7,053 bases of DNA from a virus, in IMG/VR virus record IMGVR_UViG_3300014608_000001, positions 1 to 7,053 of that record; one strand, 5' to 3'. Shown here in pieces: positions 5,358 through 7,053 of the stretch. The notes beneath the pieces are model-generated. The model saw nothing but the letters and a program-made list of their open reading frames with translations. It did no database searches and had not been told where the DNA came from. Each line of letters opens with the position of its first letter. Position 1 is the first letter of the stretch. A program made the position numbers and the translations under genes.

Positions 5358-5397
5358 AAAAAAAAGGCGTGCACGGCGGGGGCCGGCACGCCGGGGG
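5358..5397 (-). terminator. Strong rho-independent terminator immediately after the major coat gene
   Basis: On the minus strand, a GC-rich hairpin (plus-strand 5366-5372 GGCGTGC pairs with 5386-5392 GCACGCC, plus three more pairs after a bulged A) is followed directly by T8 (plus-strand A8 at 5358-5365). This is the same position as the gVIII terminator in Ff phages. Confidence 0.8.
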
Positions 5398-5403
5398 TGA
5401 CGA

Positions 5404-5631
5404 TTAAGAACCGGCGCGGCGGGTCTTGATCAGCACGCCAACCAGGATGACGAACGCCATCATGGCGAGGCCGATAGCAACCGCAGCGGTCGAGCCTTCG
5501 GCGATCTGGCCGATGGGTTCAGCGGTGTCGATGGTCACCGGCGCGGCGAACGACATTGCCGAAGCGGTCAGAGCGGTAACGCCCAGGGCGGCGCGGGAAC
5601 CGAACTTACGAACTTGAGTCATGTATTTCAT
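5404..5631 (-). CDS. Major coat protein precursor, pVIII-like (75 aa; predicted 29-aa signal peptide and 46-aa mature protein)
   Basis: MKYMTQVRKFGSRAALGVTALTASAMSFA|APVTIDTAEPIGQIAEGSTAAVAIGLAMMAFVILVGVLIKTRRAGS. The mature protein has an acidic N-terminus, a hydrophobic core and a basic C-terminus. Strong AAGGAG SD 8 nt upstream. A terminator lies downstream. Confidence 0.9.
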   Translation of the reverse strand: MKYMTQVRKFGSRAALGVTALTASAMSFAAPVTIDTAEPIGQIAEGSTAAVAIGLAMMAFVILVGVLIKTRRAGS

Positions 5632-5644
5632 TGGTGTTGCTCCT

Positions 5645-5854
5645 TTAGGCTAAGCGTCTGAGCTTCACGAGGACGAAGATCAGAACGAAGAAGGTGATTA
5701 GATTGCCGGTCAGTTGGGCTTTCTGCTCACCAGTCATTTGCGCAAACGGTATGTTGCGCAGTTCTTCGAGCGTCATAGTCGATGGTGTTCCCTGGCAGTC
5801 GAAATAGCCCTGTTCGGTTCTAAACCACGTTCCATCACACACGATGAATTCCAT
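5645..5854 (-). CDS. Small C-terminally anchored membrane protein (69 aa); possibly a minor virion or morphogenesis protein
   Basis: MEFIVCDGTWFRTEQGYFDCQGTP...LITFFVLIFVLVKLRRLA has one C-terminal TM segment and a basic tail. It sits directly upstream of the coat gene, and its stop lies beside the coat SD. A G-rich SD precedes the ATG at 5854. Confidence 0.6.
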   Translation of the reverse strand: MEFIVCDGTWFRTEQGYFDCQGTPSTMTLEELRNIPFAQMTGEQKAQLTGNLITFFVLIFVLVKLRRLA

Positions 5855-5866
5855 TTAACCCCCCTA

Positions 5867-5897
5867 CCCCCGCTTGCAGGCGAGCTGCAAGAGGGGG
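5867..5897 (-). promoter_or_regulatory. Intercistronic stem-loop (13-bp stem with one mismatch, 5-nt loop) between the ssDNA-binding gene and orf69
   Basis: Plus-strand CCCCCGCTTGCAG (5867-5879) pairs with CTGCAAGAGGGGG (5885-5897) at 12 of 13 positions. No U-tract follows on the mRNA strand. The G6 SD of orf69 lies immediately downstream. Confidence 0.45.
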
Positions 5898-5906
5898 CAT
5901 TACTGT

Positions 5907-6245
5907 TTAGCTAGCAACAGAAGTCGGACGAGCTTGTACGCGCTGAACTGGTACAGGCAGGCCGTCATCCGAGAGCCACAGGTCCATGCCGAAAGCAGCG
6001 CCCGTTTTGGACTTCCACGCTTTGGCATATACCGGGACAGCAACTTGTTTGCCGATGTACGCCTTATAAGCGTTCTCGATGCCCGAATCGAGTTGGCGCT
6101 TGGAGACTTTCAGGCCGACCGACTGTTCGGTCTCTTGGCCGAACTGGTCTTTTCCAGGTGCAGTAAGCACCAAGTAATGTTCGATGATGCCGTTCATCTT
6201 TTCTTTGGATGCGATGCCCTTGCACAGGCCCATTTGTACCAGCAT
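5907..6245 (-). CDS. Putative ssDNA-binding protein, gV/RstB-equivalent by position (112 aa)
   Basis: The ATG at 6245 has a GAGG SD 8 nt upstream. I prefer it to the GTG at 6308, which would overlap orf28. The gene lies between the replication genes and the coat genes. The assignment is by synteny only, and I do not recognise sequence similarity to M13 gVp. Confidence 0.45.
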   Translation of the reverse strand: MLVQMGLCKGIASKEKMNGIIEHYLVLTAPGKDQFGQETEQSVGLKVSKRQLDSGIENAYKAYIGKQVAVPVYAKAWKSKTGAAFGMDLWLSDDGLPVPVQRVQARPTSVAS

Positions 6246-6259
6246 GGTAAATACCTCGG

Positions 6260-6346
6260 TTATGAACGGGCCCAGCGCCCGAGAAAGTGAATTGCCAACA
6301 GTCCGCACATAGTGACGACCAGGACGTTAAGGGTTGCGGCGATCAT
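6260..6346 (-). CDS. Unannotated 28-aa hydrophobic micro-protein (MIAATLNVLVVTMCGLLAIHFLGRWARS)
   Basis: Manual translation. Its ATG (6346..6344) overlaps the TGA of orf37 (ATGA). It has one TM helix and a basic tail. The stop (6262..6260) lies just upstream of the SD of the next gene. Confidence 0.5.
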   Translation of the reverse strand: MIAATLNVLVVTMCGLLAIHFLGRWARS

Positions 6347-6456
6347 GCGACGAAAATCCCGAACGCTTTCGCAAGATAGAAAGCAAGGATCAGCAAGCCA
6401 GCAATAGGCGCGCCGATGAAAATAACTTGGCACACAACGTTATAAAGAAAGCGCAT
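6343..6456 (-). CDS. Unannotated 37-aa hydrophobic micro-protein (MRFLYNVVCQVIFIGAPIAGLLILAFYLAKAFGIFVA)
   Basis: Manual translation. Its ATG (6456..6454) overlaps the rep TGA (ATGA). It has a single TM helix and is similar in size to Ff pVII/pIX. Confidence 0.5.
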   Translation of the reverse strand: MRFLYNVVCQVIFIGAPIAGLLILAFYLAKAFGIFVA

Positions 6457-6800
6457 CATGCAGCCTCCACCGATGGCTCAACGTACCAACCAGGACGTTG
6501 AGCGCTGAAGTCAACTTGCAGAAAGCGCAGGATCGGAACAACGTTGTTTTTCTGGTCGTCCATCTTCAGCTTCTGAAGTGCAGCCTTCGAAAGTCCGCAT
6601 TCGCAAATCTGATCAACGTGGCGGTAGAAGGTCGCACGGGACATAGAGTCCATAGTTTCCTGCCAGCCGTAATCCTTGATGCTGCGGTATGTGCGAAACA
6701 GGTTGAGAGCAACTGTCTCATTGGCTTTCCCGTTCTTTCCGAACTTCGTCCAACGGGCTTTAAGTGCGGCCAGCACTTTTTCGTCATTAATTACTCGCAT
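6456..6800 (-). CDS. gX: Gene X-like protein: in-frame internal restart within gene II (114 aa, MRVINDEKVLAALKARW...)
   Basis: The ATG at 6800..6798 is the Met of FEGISM. It aligns with the Met of M13 FEGDSM, where gene X (111 aa) starts. An AAGG Shine-Dalgarno-like motif sits about 8 nt upstream (TTTGAAGGTATCTCCATG). Confidence 0.5.
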   Translation of the reverse strand: MRVINDEKVLAALKARWTKFGKNGKANETVALNLFRTYRSIKDYGWQETMDSMSRATFYRHVDQICECGLSKAALQKLKMDDQKNNVVPILRFLQVDFSAQRPGWYVEPSVEAA

Positions 6801-7053
6801 GGAGATACCTTCAAAGGCCGCAAACAGTTCTTTAGTTACTTGTTCCCAACACCACTGAATAAAACAACTCCCCTGCTCTTCCAGCCGTTCCTGGTAGTCG
6901 CAAAGGGCCCATAGATTCGTTGGGATGTTTCTGCGTTCGAGCCAGCGGTGCATGACAGTAGCTTCGAGACGAAGAAGATTTTCGGCCCACTCCTGGAGCG
7001 CGGGGTTCTGGAGAACCGCGAGCAGCCGGTGGGCTGCGAACGCTTGAGAGGGA
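6456..7053 (-). CDS. gII: Replication initiation protein, C-terminal part. Unique sequence is 6456-6954; 6955-7053 duplicates 1-99.
   Basis: The frame is continuous with 815..1 (...LRLEATV-MHRWLERR...). The C-terminus reads KELFAAFEGISMRVINDEKVLAAL...NNVVPILRFLQVDFSAQRPGWYVEPSVEAA, which parallels M13 gpII ELFKAFEGDSMNIYDDSAVLDAI...NNVVPLVRFINVDFSSQRPDWYNEP. TGA stop at 6458..6456. Confidence 0.9.
   Translation of the reverse strand, partial: PSQAFAAHRLLAVLQNPALQEWAENLLRLEATVMHRWLERRNIPTNLWALCDYQERLEEQGSCFIQWCWEQVTKELFAAFEGISMRVINDEKVLAALKARWTKFGKNGKANETVALNLFRTYRSIKDYGWQETMDSMSRATFYRHVDQICECGLSKAALQKLKMDDQKNNVVPILRFLQVDFSAQRPGWYVEPSVEAA
6955..7053. repeat. Second copy of the terminal redundancy (same as 1-99)
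   Basis: Exact 99-bp duplicate of the window start, best explained as an assembly overlap of a circular replicon. Confidence 0.95.

Noticed and set aside
6246-6308. GTG start at 6308 for the 133-aa version of the ssDNA-binding candidate
   Set aside because: It would overlap the whole of orf28 in another frame and has no SD. The ATG at 6245 has a GAGG SD at correct spacing, directly after the orf28 stop.
5874-6914. Plus-strand ORFs 5874..6290, 6498..6914 and 6676..6858, and minus-strand ORF 6566..6787
   Set aside because: These are antisense or alternative frames of the ssDNA-binding candidate and the rep C-terminal domain.
6951-6953. ATG at 6953 (start of the tracked 165-aa ORF) as an independent gene start or the gene X start
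   Set aside because: The frame stays open upstream across the circular junction into 1-815. No SD precedes this ATG. The Met homologous to the M13 gene X start is the one at 6800.
1-7053. Search for an integrase, secretin (gIV), tRNA, CRISPR array or IS element
   Set aside because: No ORF has recombinase or secretin size or motifs. I saw no cloverleaf-like or repeat-spacer structure. All long ORFs are accounted for by the phage modules.

Overview
This window is a complete, circularly permuted genome of a small filamentous phage (inovirus), not a chromosomal segment. Bases 1-99 recur exactly at 6955-7053, which gives a 6,954-bp circle, and the replication gene reads in frame across that junction.

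Almost all genes lie on the minus strand in Ff-like order:
- gene II-type replication initiator (815..1, continuing 6954..6456), with a nested gene X-like start at 6800
- two translationally coupled micro-ORFs of 37 and 28 aa, too short for the supplied ORF track
- a putative ssDNA-binding protein
- a 69-aa membrane protein
- the major coat protein, followed by a strong intrinsic terminator
- a Cys-rich pIII-like adsorption protein
- a pVI-like protein
- a Zot/pI assembly ATPase
- a 43-aa ORF and a 76-aa ORF

On the plus strand, an XRE-family repressor is transcribed divergently from rep.

Two non-coding elements stand out:
1. 1454-1495 (minus strand) closely resembles the f1/M13 plus-strand origin core, with a nicking hairpin and an adjacent 6-3-6 inverted repeat.
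2. 2048-2145 holds two inverted dif-like XerC/XerD sites that can fold into a roughly 98-nt forked hairpin. This is the CTX-phi-type single-stranded attP architecture.

I found no integrase, secretin (gIV), tRNA or CRISPR. The overall picture is a temperate, secretin-less phage with an Ff-type replication core that probably uses host XerCD. Its two small ORFs of unknown function straddle the attP site in the position where CTX-phi carries ctxAB. All homology statements rest on motifs and sequences recalled from memory, not on searches.
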